Positions 24,421 through 33,849 are shown, counted from the first letter of the stretch. The stretch is 64,000 nucleotides of DNA from Candidatus Pacearchaeota archaeon (GCA_050303855.1 JBNLCO010000010.1:124093-188092); one strand, 5' to 3'. Program-made: numbers and translations. Notes: generated by a model not told the origin, from the sequence alone.

Positions 24421-25221
24421 ATGGATGGCAAAATTAAGAATAGCTTGAAAGAGAACTATGTCAAAAGAATAGCTAATAGAGTGATGAACACGCTTTATAT
24501 CTACCCTTTCTTCAAACTAAAGGGTCCTTTGAAAGGCCATACGGCAAAAATAATTAATTTGCATTACATAGAGAGGGCTCCAGAAACTCAAGTTGCGGAA
24601 ATAATTGAGAGTAAAGTAAACCTCGGAGACAAGGTAATTGATGTGGGAACACATTTTGGATACTATACCTTACTCATGGCAAAGAAGGTTGGATCGGAAG
24701 GAAAAGTCATATGTTTTGAGCCTTCTAAAGAGACAAGAAATATTCTTAGGAACAATATTAAGAAAAATAAATACCAAGATAGAACAATAATTGAGAGCAA
24801 AGGCGTTTCCAATGAAAGAAAAACTCTCCCATTTAGCGTTAGGAAATTTAGTCCAATGAATACTTTTACGATTGAGGAATATGGAAATGTCAAAAAAATT
24901 GAATGTATTGATTTAGACACTTATTGTAAAGAGAAGGATATTACCCCTTCTTTCCTAAAGATTGATGTAGAGGGTGTGGAAAAAGAAGTTATTGAAGGTA
25001 TGAAGAAGCTAATAAGAATAAGTAAACCAAAGGTTCTCCTTGAAGCTTCAAAAGAAACAGAAGGTATGGAAGAAATATTTGATATGTTTATTAAAAATGG
25101 ATACAAAGTTTACACTTGGAGAACAAGGGTTGATGAGGACTCTTGGAAAGATCTGGTTGAAATAAAAAGGCCAGGAGAAGTGATTACAAAACACATCTAC
25201 TTCGAGTATCCTCTTTTCTAG
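24421..25221 (+). CDS. FkbM-family SAM-dependent methyltransferase
   Basis: The track start at 24412 is a TTG overlapping the aglB stop; the ATG at 24421 is preferred. Motifs: ...VIDVGTHFGYYTLLMA...KVICFEPS...LKIDVEGVEKEVIEGM... Confidence 0.8.
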   Translation: MDGKIKNSLKENYVKRIANRVMNTLYIYPFFKLKGPLKGHTAKIINLHYIERAPETQVAEIIESKVNLGDKVIDVGTHFGYYTLLMAKKVGSEGKVICFEPSKETRNILRNNIKKNKYQDRTIIESKGVSNERKTLPFSVRKFSPMNTFTIEEYGNVKKIECIDLDTYCKEKDITPSFLKIDVEGVEKEVIEGMKKLIRISKPKVLLEASKETEGMEEIFDMFIKNGYKVYTWRTRVDEDSWKDLVEIKRPGEVITKHIYFEYPLF

Positions 25222-26324
25222 TTTATCGCTTTAGAATATATTTCTCTTAGAATTTCATTTCTTTTTTCTATGGAAAATTTCTCTTTTGATTCTTTTATAG
25301 CATTCTTAGACATTTTATTAAGTAGTTTTTTATTCTTTATTAGCAATGAAGTTTTCTCAACAAGATTACTTATGAACGTTTCATCCATTTCAGCATACCC
25401 TTTCCAATTTTTAGGAAGATCTATTAGAAAACCTGTTTTCCCTTCAGAAACCAATTCTGATTTTGCAAAACTATTTGTTGTTATTACAGGTAATCCGTAC
25501 GCCAATGCTTCTGGAACTGCAAAACCATAAGAATCTCCAAACCCGGGGTAAAAGAATATATCTGAAGAAGGATAAATTTCTTTGAATAACTTCTCTTGAG
25601 GAATAAGGTCCATTATTTTTATCTGTTTGTTTTTAGAATACTTATCTTTAAACTCCTTTGGAATCGGACAGAGAAATATAAATTCAACATTCTTATGATT
25701 TTTTGATAAACGATCAAAGACCTCCAAAGTTTGACGGCCCCCTTTTGCATCAAACCACCTTGCAACGAATAAAACTCTTGTTTTTTTGTGAGGTATTTTC
25801 TTAAAATTAACGGGAGGTGTTGCGAAAGGCACAATAGCCATTTTGTCTAAGATCTTTCTATTTCTATGGAATGCTTTTTCAAAAGTTTTTTTGCAATCTT
25901 CTGACCAAACCAATATTTTCTTACAATATTTACTCTCTAGCCTATTTCTTATTATTGCTTTTCCTAAGCCCTTTGTGGCAGTATTTCTACCTGCAGAAGC
26001 TAATTGATCATAAACTTCAGTATCTACCACCCATGGTTTCCTATTTAAGCTTAAACAGTGAGCACAATGAATTAGATCAAAATTTCTTGAGGTAGTAAAG
26101 GTTAAGTTAGGCAAGTGGATCAGCCTCAATAATTTCCTTATTCTATTTTTGAAAACCCTCATAGATTCGAATTTCCTTCCAGATCCAATAATTTCCATTT
26201 TCTTTGAATTCTTTTTGTAGTTAACATAACTAATATTTTTTGGAGGAAAATCAAGAATGTTTTTGTAGTATGAACTATCTGGAAATTTCCATGGATATTG
26301 CAGATGAACCTTGATTTCTTTCAT
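25218..26324 (-). CDS. GT-B fold glycosyltransferase (CAZy GT4-like)
   Basis: 368 aa, ...GFGDSYGFAVPEALAYGLPVITTNSFAKSELVSEGKTGFLI... (E-x7-E type motif). Confidence 0.8.
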   Translation of the reverse strand: MKEIKVHLQYPWKFPDSSYYKNILDFPPKNISYVNYKKNSKKMEIIGSGRKFESMRVFKNRIRKLLRLIHLPNLTFTTSRNFDLIHCAHCLSLNRKPWVVDTEVYDQLASAGRNTATKGLGKAIIRNRLESKYCKKILVWSEDCKKTFEKAFHRNRKILDKMAIVPFATPPVNFKKIPHKKTRVLFVARWFDAKGGRQTLEVFDRLSKNHKNVEFIFLCPIPKEFKDKYSKNKQIKIMDLIPQEKLFKEIYPSSDIFFYPGFGDSYGFAVPEALAYGLPVITTNSFAKSELVSEGKTGFLIDLPKNWKGYAEMDETFISNLVEKTSLLIKNKKLLNKMSKNAIKESKEKFSIEKRNEILREIYSKAIN

Positions 26325-26347
26325 ATATATTTTGCATACCAGAAGAG

Positions 26348-26362
26348 TTTATAAAATTATAA
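26348..26362. promoter_or_regulatory. single near-palindromic TATA element (TTTATAAAATTATAA) shared by divergent genes
   Basis: It is centred in the 52-nt spacer 26325-26376, about 28 nt from the minus-strand ATG (26324) and about 25 nt from the plus-strand ATG (26377). Confidence 0.45.
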
Positions 26363-26376
26363 CCTTGATAATAAGT

Positions 26377-27570
26377 ATGGTTAAGGAAGTGGACGCGGTT
26401 TACGTTGTTGCATCCAAATTGGGAAGTATTGGAATGGGTTCTGCAGCATATAGTGCTATAAAAGGTATTGATAAATCAAAAGACATATCTTATAGAATTT
26501 TCTGTAGAGGATATAATTCTAAAGTTAAAATAAATAAAAAAAATCTTATTTCTTATGGATATTTAGAATATCTTTCTTACCCTTTTCGTTTTTTGGAGAA
26601 AAAACTTAAGATAAAGATTGATTCATTCAAATGGGTAAACTATCTTTTTGGCAAAAGAATTTATAAAAATCTGCCAAAGTGTAAGATCTACCATACTTGG
26701 ATGGGGATATCTCCAGAAGCGATAAAAAAGGCAAAAAAGAACGGAGCAATATTGATTCTAGAAGCGGCAAATTCCCACCCCCTAAATTTCTTAAATCTTA
26801 TTAATGAAGAATACAAAACTTTTGATTGCGATAAATTCATTTTAGAAACTGAAAAATTTAAGAAAGATGTGGAATACATAAAATCATTTGACTATATTTC
26901 TTGCCCGTCTGATTTCGTTTATAATTCTTTTTTGGAAGAAGGCTTTGCAAAAGAAAAACTAATAAAGATTAACTATGGGGTTGATGTGGACAAATTTTCT
27001 CCTTCTAGAAGAAAGAAAGATAAGAAATTTCGGGTGTTATTTGTGGGATCAATACAAATGAGAAAAGGAATTCCTTATTTACTAAAAGCGTGGGAAGAAT
27101 TGAATTTAAAAGATTCTGAACTAGTTGTTGTAGGAAGTGTTTATCCTGAAGCTGTTCAAATTATTAAGAAATATTTAAAAAACCCTTCAATAAAATTCTG
27201 CGGTTTTAACCCTGATTTGAGGGAATACTATTCAAATGCGGATGTTTTTGTATTTCCTTCTATTGAAGAGGGTTCTGCTTTAGTTAATTATGAGGCTATG
27301 GCTTCAGGTTTACCATTAATCACAACATTTAATTCAGGAAGTGTTGCAAGAGACGGAAAGGAGGGATTTATTATACCTATAAGAAATACAGAGAAGTTAA
27401 AAGAAAAAATAAAATTTATGCATGACAACCCTAAAAAACGTATTCAAATGGGCAAAAATGCTAGAAAAAGAATCGAAGAATTTACTTGGGACATATACGG
27501 AAAGAAGTTATCAAATCTTTATCGAGATCTCCTGAAGAAATCAAAATATACTTCTCTTACAATTATTTAA
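26377..27570 (+). CDS. GT-B fold glycosyltransferase (CAZy GT4-like)
   Basis: The track start at 26311 is a TTG overlapping the divergent gene. The ATG at 26377 gives MVKEVDAVYVVASKLGSIGMG...; ...PSIEEGSALVNYEAMASGLPLITT... Confidence 0.8.
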   Translation: MVKEVDAVYVVASKLGSIGMGSAAYSAIKGIDKSKDISYRIFCRGYNSKVKINKKNLISYGYLEYLSYPFRFLEKKLKIKIDSFKWVNYLFGKRIYKNLPKCKIYHTWMGISPEAIKKAKKNGAILILEAANSHPLNFLNLINEEYKTFDCDKFILETEKFKKDVEYIKSFDYISCPSDFVYNSFLEEGFAKEKLIKINYGVDVDKFSPSRRKKDKKFRVLFVGSIQMRKGIPYLLKAWEELNLKDSELVVVGSVYPEAVQIIKKYLKNPSIKFCGFNPDLREYYSNADVFVFPSIEEGSALVNYEAMASGLPLITTFNSGSVARDGKEGFIIPIRNTEKLKEKIKFMHDNPKKRIQMGKNARKRIEEFTWDIYGKKLSNLYRDLLKKSKYTSLTII

Positions 27571-27589
27571 GAATAATAATGTTTATTAA

Positions 27590-28612
27590 ATGTCATTTTT
27601 TGAGGTTCTTATGGATTTAACAAATGAATATTTGAATAAAAAAGTATTGATTACAGGCGGTGGCGGCTTTATTGGAAGCAACCTTGCAATAAAATTAGTA
27701 GAATTAGGCGCAGAAGTTTCGGTAATGGATTCGAAATTAAAGCCTTATGGGTTTAATTTGTTTAATCTTGATCCAGTGTTGGATAAAATAAATATAGATT
27801 ATTCGGATATAAGGGATAGAAATGCTGTTGAAAGGAATATTGCTGGACAAGATATAATCTTTAATTTGGCTGCACAGGTAGGTGAAAAAGTAGGAGAGGA
27901 AAATCCTTTTTTAGACTGGGACATAAATGTTAGAGGGCACATGGAAGTATTAAATGCATGCAAAAACAAAAATAAAGAAGCAAGAATAATATTTCCAGGT
28001 TCAAGGTTACAATATGGTAAGACAAATGGGGCAGAGATAATTTCTGAAAGCCACCCCATGAACCCCTTAACTAATTATGCCAGAAACAAAGTCGTGGGGG
28101 AAGAAATGTACCAAAAACTTAACAAAGAGGGTTTAGAAACGGTAACATTTAGAATTGCTAATCCTTTCGGTCCTCGTGCATCAATTAATAATCCTGGTTA
28201 TTGTATTGTCAATTGGTTTATTGGTAGGGCCTTGGATGGAAAAGATTTACCCATTTATGGAGAAGGGTCTCAGGCAAGAGATTATATTTTTATAGAAGAT
28301 TTAACAGATGCTATGGCAATCGCAGGAGTCCATAAAAATTCTCCAGGAAACACTTACAATTTAGGGTCAGGCCAGAAGACTTTATTCAAAGATATGGCTG
28401 AGAAAATAGTTGCACTTTCAGAAAATAATTATTCAAAAATAAATTTTGTTGAATGGCCAAAAGATGCAAAAGAAAGAGAGACTGGAAATTTTGTCGCAGA
28501 TATCTCAAAGATAGAAAGAGAATTGGGTTGGAAGCCTAAGTATAGTTTAGAAGAGGGTCTGAAAAGAACAATTGAATTTTATAGAGAAAATAAGAACAAT
28601 TATATTGGATAA
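27590..28612 (+). CDS. NAD-dependent nucleotide-sugar epimerase/dehydratase (extended SDR)
   Basis: Contains VLITGGGGFIGSNL...; a YxxxK region. The start could instead be the Met at 27611. Confidence 0.8.
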   Translation: MSFFEVLMDLTNEYLNKKVLITGGGGFIGSNLAIKLVELGAEVSVMDSKLKPYGFNLFNLDPVLDKINIDYSDIRDRNAVERNIAGQDIIFNLAAQVGEKVGEENPFLDWDINVRGHMEVLNACKNKNKEARIIFPGSRLQYGKTNGAEIISESHPMNPLTNYARNKVVGEEMYQKLNKEGLETVTFRIANPFGPRASINNPGYCIVNWFIGRALDGKDLPIYGEGSQARDYIFIEDLTDAMAIAGVHKNSPGNTYNLGSGQKTLFKDMAEKIVALSENNYSKINFVEWPKDAKERETGNFVADISKIERELGWKPKYSLEEGLKRTIEFYRENKNNYIG

Positions 28613-28694
28613 AATCACGAGAATATTTATAAAATAGAAAAAAATTCTAGATGAATGAGGAATAATTTTATTACATTTTGTAGGAGGTTATTGG

Positions 28695-29279
28695 ATGGAA
28701 GATCAAGAAAGTAAAGTTTATTTTTCGATTGGGGAGAGTATAAATGCAAAAAAATCTTTTTATAGTCGCCCAAAAGATCTTGTTGATATTTCAAACAAAA
28801 TTTATGAGTCTTTAAATAAAGGTCAAAAAATACTTGTTTTTGGGAATGGAGGTAGTGCGGCAGATGCACAACACATTGCAGGAGAGTTAGTTGGAAGGTT
28901 TAAGAAAGAACGTAAAGCTTTAGCAGCAATGGCTTTAACCACAGATACATCCGTAATAACATCATTATCTAATGATTATGATTATTCAAAGGTATTCGAG
29001 AGGCAAATTGAAGCATTTGCTAGGGAAGGAGATATTTTATGGGGAATTTCAACCTCAGGAAACTCGGAAAACGTTATTAAAGGTCTTGAAAAAGGAAGAG
29101 AAATAGGCACTTATAATTTTTCTATGACTGGTAAAGATGGAGGCATAGTAAAGAAATTAAGTGATTTTAATATAAATATTGATTCTAAAAACACTCCAAG
29201 AATTCAGGAAGCACATCAATTGGCGTACCATATTATTTGCGAATTGGTTGAAGATAAAATATATCATAATAATCTTTAA
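28695..29279 (+). CDS. gmhA: SIS-domain sedoheptulose-7-phosphate isomerase (GmhA-like)
   Basis: 194 aa, ...LVFGNGGSAADAQHIAGELVGRF...LTTDTSVITSLSNDYDYSKVFERQIEA...GDILWGISTSGNSENV...; GGAGGT lies 8 nt upstream of the ATG. Confidence 0.85.
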   Translation: MEDQESKVYFSIGESINAKKSFYSRPKDLVDISNKIYESLNKGQKILVFGNGGSAADAQHIAGELVGRFKKERKALAAMALTTDTSVITSLSNDYDYSKVFERQIEAFAREGDILWGISTSGNSENVIKGLEKGREIGTYNFSMTGKDGGIVKKLSDFNINIDSKNTPRIQEAHQLAYHIICELVEDKIYHNNL

Positions 29280-29305
29280 AAAGAAAAACAAAGTTTTAGG
29301 AAGGT

Positions 29306-30286
29306 ATGGTAAGAAATCTTATAACAGGCACTACAGGGATGGTGGGTTCTCATTTGGCAGAATTTCTTTTGGACAAAGGGGAAGAAGTTTATGGAACACG
29401 TCGTTGGCGAAGTAGGATGGATAATTGTAGAGGATTTGAGGACAAAATAAATTGGGTGAATATGGAATTAATTGACGCCCATTCTGTTAGAAATGCTATT
29501 GAAAGTGTAAGACCTGATGTGATCTATCATCTTGCTGCACAAAGCTATGTTGTTGATTCAAAAGATGAGCCTGTAGCCACAATGGAAATTAACGCCCATG
29601 GAACTGCTCATATTCTTGAAACCGTGAAGGAAATGAAGAAAAGAGATGGGTACAACCCTGTTATTCATGTTTGTAGTAGTAGTGAAGTTTATGGGCAGGT
29701 GAATCCGGACGAAGTTCCAATAAAAGAAACAAACCAATATCGACCGGCCTCTCCTTATGCGATAGGAAAGCTAGGAGCAGATATGCTTGCTAGGTGGTAT
29801 TTTGAAGAATATGATCTGAAGACGATACGTACAAGAATGTTTACTCATACAGGGCCAAGAAGAGGGGATGTTTTTGTAGTTTCAGCTTTTGCCAAACAAA
29901 TTGCAAAAATTGAGAAAGGATTACAAAAACCAAAATTAAAAGTAGGTAATCTAGAATCTGTTAGGACTTTTGCAGATGTTAGAGATACTGTGCATGCATA
30001 CTATCTCTTAACTAAGCATTGTAAGCCTGGAGAAGTCTATAACATAGGAGGAAATAGAACAATGAAGATTGGAGAGATGTTGGATATCCTTTTAAGCTAC
30101 TCTCCAATGAAAGATAAAATAGAAGTTGAAGTGGATCCGAATCTTCTAAGAAAAACTGATGTAACATATCAAATACCCGACACATCTAAGTTCAAAAAAG
30201 AAACCGGATGGGATAGCCCAATTCCTCTTGAGAAGACTTTAGAAGACACCCTAGACTATTGGAGAGGGGAATTTAAGAATGAGTAA
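29306..30286 (+). CDS. GDP-sugar 4,6-dehydratase family enzyme (Gmd/Rmd/DmhA-like)
   Basis: Contains ITGTTGMVGSHLAEFLL...CSSSEVYG...PASPYAIGKLGAD...FTHTGPRRGDVFVVSAFAKQI (compare the Gmd motif NHESPRRG..FVTRKI). Confidence 0.75.
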   Translation: MVRNLITGTTGMVGSHLAEFLLDKGEEVYGTRRWRSRMDNCRGFEDKINWVNMELIDAHSVRNAIESVRPDVIYHLAAQSYVVDSKDEPVATMEINAHGTAHILETVKEMKKRDGYNPVIHVCSSSEVYGQVNPDEVPIKETNQYRPASPYAIGKLGADMLARWYFEEYDLKTIRTRMFTHTGPRRGDVFVVSAFAKQIAKIEKGLQKPKLKVGNLESVRTFADVRDTVHAYYLLTKHCKPGEVYNIGGNRTMKIGEMLDILLSYSPMKDKIEVEVDPNLLRKTDVTYQIPDTSKFKKETGWDSPIPLEKTLEDTLDYWRGEFKNE

Positions 30287-31349
30287 AGAAGTAAAAGTAA
30301 AATTAAATCATTTTTCTGGGGAATATGAAAATGATGAAGAGTATTATGAGAAATATTGGTCAATTAAAGTTTTGTTAGATAATTTTAATGTAAAAATTGT
30401 AGATAATGTGAAAGAGGCGGATGTTATATTTGAACAGTGTACAAGAGGAAGTAATTATAATTTTTTAAATGAAAAGAATAAAAAAATAGTGCTCTTTTCT
30501 TCAGAAGATCTATATAAAAAAAGAGATATTTTTAATTTAATAGAATCCTTTCTTTATAAGGTAGGATTGGGGGATAAAAAGTGGAAAATTATAGATAAAC
30601 TAGATAGTATTATTCCTTCAAGTATCTCAAGCATTCCATTGAAATATTTTCTACCAAAACATTTGAAGTTTGTGAGAAAAATTTCAGAAGGAAAAATAAA
30701 AAATGCATACGCAATTGTTCAAAATGATATAAAAGGGGAAAACATCTTGATAATTCCCTGTTTCTTGCATGTTTTTTATTATAATTTGAAAGATTTCACA
30801 AAAAAGAAAAAACAGGAATCAAGTAAAAGGAAGAAATTTTGTGCGTTTATTGTATCTAGCAATTCCTCTAGGGAAAGGGTTAAATTTTTTAAGAAATTGT
30901 CCAAATACAAGAAAATTGATTCTTATGGAAGGGTCATGAATAATATGGGAGATAGTATTTTTAATGGCCACTGGAGTGGAACCCACCCGGAGATATATAA
31001 AGACTATAAATTCGTGATTTGTTTTGAGAATAGTTTTACAAAAGAGTATATTTGTGAGAAATTGCCTAGGACTATGCTTTCTGGAGCAATACCTATATTC
31101 AGAGGTGCTCCAAACATTGGAGAATATTTCAATAAAAAATCTTTCATTAATTATGATAATTATGGAAGTTATGAAAATATGATAAAGAAAATTATTGAGT
31201 TGGATAGTGATGATAAAAGATATGAATCATTCCTAAGAGAACCTTGGTTCAAAGATAACAAGATTCCAAAGATATTTAGAGATAAAGAGAAAGAATTAAT
31301 TCAATTTTATACCAAGATTTTTGGACCTCCAAAGAGAAAATTAAAATGA
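30279..31349 (+). CDS. GT10-like (alpha-1,3-fucosyltransferase family) glycosyltransferase
   Basis: Contains ...KKFCAFIVSSNSSRERVKFFKKLSKYKKIDSYGRVMNN...YKDYKFVICFENSFTKEYICEKLPRTMLSGAIPIF...; this matches the GT10 YKF.L.FENS....Y.TEK motif. Confidence 0.7.
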   Translation: MSKEVKVKLNHFSGEYENDEEYYEKYWSIKVLLDNFNVKIVDNVKEADVIFEQCTRGSNYNFLNEKNKKIVLFSSEDLYKKRDIFNLIESFLYKVGLGDKKWKIIDKLDSIIPSSISSIPLKYFLPKHLKFVRKISEGKIKNAYAIVQNDIKGENILIIPCFLHVFYYNLKDFTKKKKQESSKRKKFCAFIVSSNSSRERVKFFKKLSKYKKIDSYGRVMNNMGDSIFNGHWSGTHPEIYKDYKFVICFENSFTKEYICEKLPRTMLSGAIPIFRGAPNIGEYFNKKSFINYDNYGSYENMIKKIIELDSDDKRYESFLREPWFKDNKIPKIFRDKEKELIQFYTKIFGPPKRKLK

Positions 31350-32002
31350 ACAATATTTTTTATGGAATACTTTCTGTAGGGTTTGACATCGATCAAACAA
31401 TGTACGCAAAAAATAGTGAAATAGACTTAATTATTCAAGATGAAATTGCGAGGAAGATTCTTGAAATAAAACCTTCTTTCAATAATCTTGAATCAGCAAA
31501 AGAATTTTCTGAAAGAAGATATTCTGAATTAGGGAGCCGAACAAGTGTGTTAGAAGAGGTTGGCTATAAAAATGCTCAAGAAATCTTGTACGGATGCATT
31601 TCAAGTGATAAAACAATAAACCCTCTCCAGAAAGACGAAAGGCTTCAGGAAATGATTTCAAGATTGGGACATAAATATGATCTTTTTTTAATAACTAATA
31701 ATTCGGAGGATATTGCGACTAAAAAATTAGATCGATTAGGTGTTGACAAGTCTTTATTTAACCTAAAATTTTATGGAGACACATTACCTGGAATAAAAAA
31801 ATCTGATGGTTCTTTGTTCAAATATTTCCTAAGTAGGTCCAAACATTCCCCTGAAAACCACATATATGTCGGAGATAGCCTTAATGCAGACATAATCCCT
31901 TCTAAAAAGCTAGGTTTCAAAACAATTTGTGTAGGAAATCACTTTCTTGAAGCGAATTATTCTGTTAAAGAAATTTATGATATAGAAAATCTTCTTCTAT
32001 AA
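31346..32002 (+). CDS. HAD-superfamily hydrolase/phosphatase
   Basis: N-terminal nucleophile motif GFDIDQT and C-terminal ...YVGDSLNADI... Confidence 0.7.
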   Translation: MNNIFYGILSVGFDIDQTMYAKNSEIDLIIQDEIARKILEIKPSFNNLESAKEFSERRYSELGSRTSVLEEVGYKNAQEILYGCISSDKTINPLQKDERLQEMISRLGHKYDLFLITNNSEDIATKKLDRLGVDKSLFNLKFYGDTLPGIKKSDGSLFKYFLSRSKHSPENHIYVGDSLNADIIPSKKLGFKTICVGNHFLEANYSVKEIYDIENLLL

Positions 32003-32033
32003 GGCAATTTAGGGTAACCTAGGACATAAATTC

Positions 32034-32041
32034 TTTTAAAG
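32034..32041 (+). promoter_or_regulatory. TATA-like box (TTTTAAAG) about 25 nt upstream of the ATG at 32062
   Basis: Same geometry as the other promoters in the window. Confidence 0.4.
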
Positions 32042-32061
32042 GAATCACCCATCAAATATTA

Positions 32062-33849
32062 ATGAAGTTAGCAGATTATGTTATTGATTATTTTGGAGAT
32101 AAGGGAGTGAAGGATATATTTGAGGTCTATGGTGCTGCGAATGGTGATTTGATTGATGCTTTTACGAGAACAGATAAAACAAGATATGTTGCTATAATGC
32201 ACGAACAAGCTGCAGGGTTTGCTACAGAATGTTATTCTAAGATCAGCGGTAAGCCAGGTGTTGCGATAGCCACAAGTGGCCCTGGAGGCCAGAATTTTGT
32301 GACTCCAATTGCAAATTGTTATTATGATTCTGTTCCGGCAATTTTTATAACAGGTCAGGTAAACTCCAGATTTTTAAGGCCTGATGAAAGTATAAGACAG
32401 AGAGGATTCCAAGAAACCCCTATTGCAGAAATTGTTGCTCCCATAACAAAATATTCTAAAATGATTACAGACCCAAGCACAATAAAACATGAACTTGAAA
32501 AAGCATGGTATATTTCCCAAGAAGGAAGACCAGGCCCAATTCTTCTTGATCTTCCGATAGATATTCAAAAAGCGGAAGTAGATCCGTCAAAACTATTTGG
32601 GTTTAATTCAGAAACTTATAAAACCAATTTTAATATGGAACAGGTTAATAACCAGATAGACCACTATCTTGAAGACTTGTCCCGTGCTGAAAGACCAGTT
32701 ATTCTTGTTGGAGGAGGAGTAAGACCTTCAGGAGGAATAGAAAAACTTCTGAGTTTGGGAGAGAAATTAAAAATTCCGATGTTCCCCACATGGAATTCAT
32801 TAGATATTGTTACTTCTGATTACAATTACTATGGAGGAAGGGTTGGAACTTATGGCGGAAAAGGAAGAAACTTTGGTTTGCAGAACTCCGATTTAGTTTT
32901 GGCTTTGGGAAGCAGAATTTCTGGAAGACTTTATGGAAGCCAGACAAAGGCTTTCTTAAGAGATGCAAAGAAATATGTAGTAGATATTGATAAAGCTAAC
33001 TTACAACAAATATTCCAAGAAGTTCCCTTTGACGAGAACATTTTTTGTGACGCGAAAACTTTTATAGAAAGTTTAGATAAAAAGTTGGAAGGTGTTCCTA
33101 AGAAAGATTTCTCTTCATGGACAAGTAAAGTTATGGGTTGGAGAAACAAGTATGACCCTGTAAAGAAAGAATTTTTTGAGGCTAATGAGAATGCAAACCC
33201 CTATGCTTTTTTTAGAACACTTTCTCAAGAAATGAAATCTGGAGATATCCTTGTGGGAGACTGTGGGGGAAATATTGTTGTTGCTAGTCACGCTTTTGAA
33301 ACAAAGAAAGGGCAAAGATTCATTACAAATAATGGAAACTCCCCTATGGGATTTTCATTTTCAGGAGCCATGGGGGCCTACCTTGCTGCAAATGAAGGCC
33401 AAAATGTAGTTTGCACGATTGGAGATGGAGGTTTCAATATGAATATCCAAGAACTACAAACTTTAAAGAATTATGATCTAAATTTCAAGACATTCATAAT
33501 TAACAATGGAATTTATGGTATCACTAAAGCATTCCAAGAAAAGAAGTTTGAGGGTAGGGCTGAAGCATGTGGTCCAAAAGGCTATGTTCCTCCTAATTTT
33601 ATGGCCATATGTGATGCTTACGGAATTAAAACCGAATCTATAAAAGGAAATGATATTGATAGCATGAGAGAGAAAATTGGAGATGTTTTGAATTCAAAAG
33701 GTCCTGTTGTGTGTGATGTAAGTTGTCCAGACTGGCATACTTACGAACCAACAGTTTTTGGATCAGTCCCAATCGAAGAAATGCACCCTCAGTTGCCTGA
33801 AGAAGAATTCAGAGAAAATATGATTATAAAACCTTGGAAAAAGAAATAA
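32062..33849 (+). CDS. thiamine-diphosphate-dependent enzyme, acetolactate-synthase-large-subunit-like (YerE-like candidate)
   Basis: 595 aa, ...HEQAAGFATECYSKISGKPGVAIATSGPGGQNFVTPIANCYYDSVPAIFITGQV...IGDGGFNMNIQELQTL... (ThDP-binding GDG..N motif). Confidence 0.8.
   Translation: MKLADYVIDYFGDKGVKDIFEVYGAANGDLIDAFTRTDKTRYVAIMHEQAAGFATECYSKISGKPGVAIATSGPGGQNFVTPIANCYYDSVPAIFITGQVNSRFLRPDESIRQRGFQETPIAEIVAPITKYSKMITDPSTIKHELEKAWYISQEGRPGPILLDLPIDIQKAEVDPSKLFGFNSETYKTNFNMEQVNNQIDHYLEDLSRAERPVILVGGGVRPSGGIEKLLSLGEKLKIPMFPTWNSLDIVTSDYNYYGGRVGTYGGKGRNFGLQNSDLVLALGSRISGRLYGSQTKAFLRDAKKYVVDIDKANLQQIFQEVPFDENIFCDAKTFIESLDKKLEGVPKKDFSSWTSKVMGWRNKYDPVKKEFFEANENANPYAFFRTLSQEMKSGDILVGDCGGNIVVASHAFETKKGQRFITNNGNSPMGFSFSGAMGAYLAANEGQNVVCTIGDGGFNMNIQELQTLKNYDLNFKTFIINNGIYGITKAFQEKKFEGRAEACGPKGYVPPNFMAICDAYGIKTESIKGNDIDSMREKIGDVLNSKGPVVCDVSCPDWHTYEPTVFGSVPIEEMHPQLPEEEFRENMIIKPWKKK

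Noticed and set aside
29179-29415. 78-aa + strand ORF bridging the gmhA 3' end and the start of the dehydratase gene.
   Set aside because: It is out of frame with and overlaps two well-supported genes, and it has no family features.
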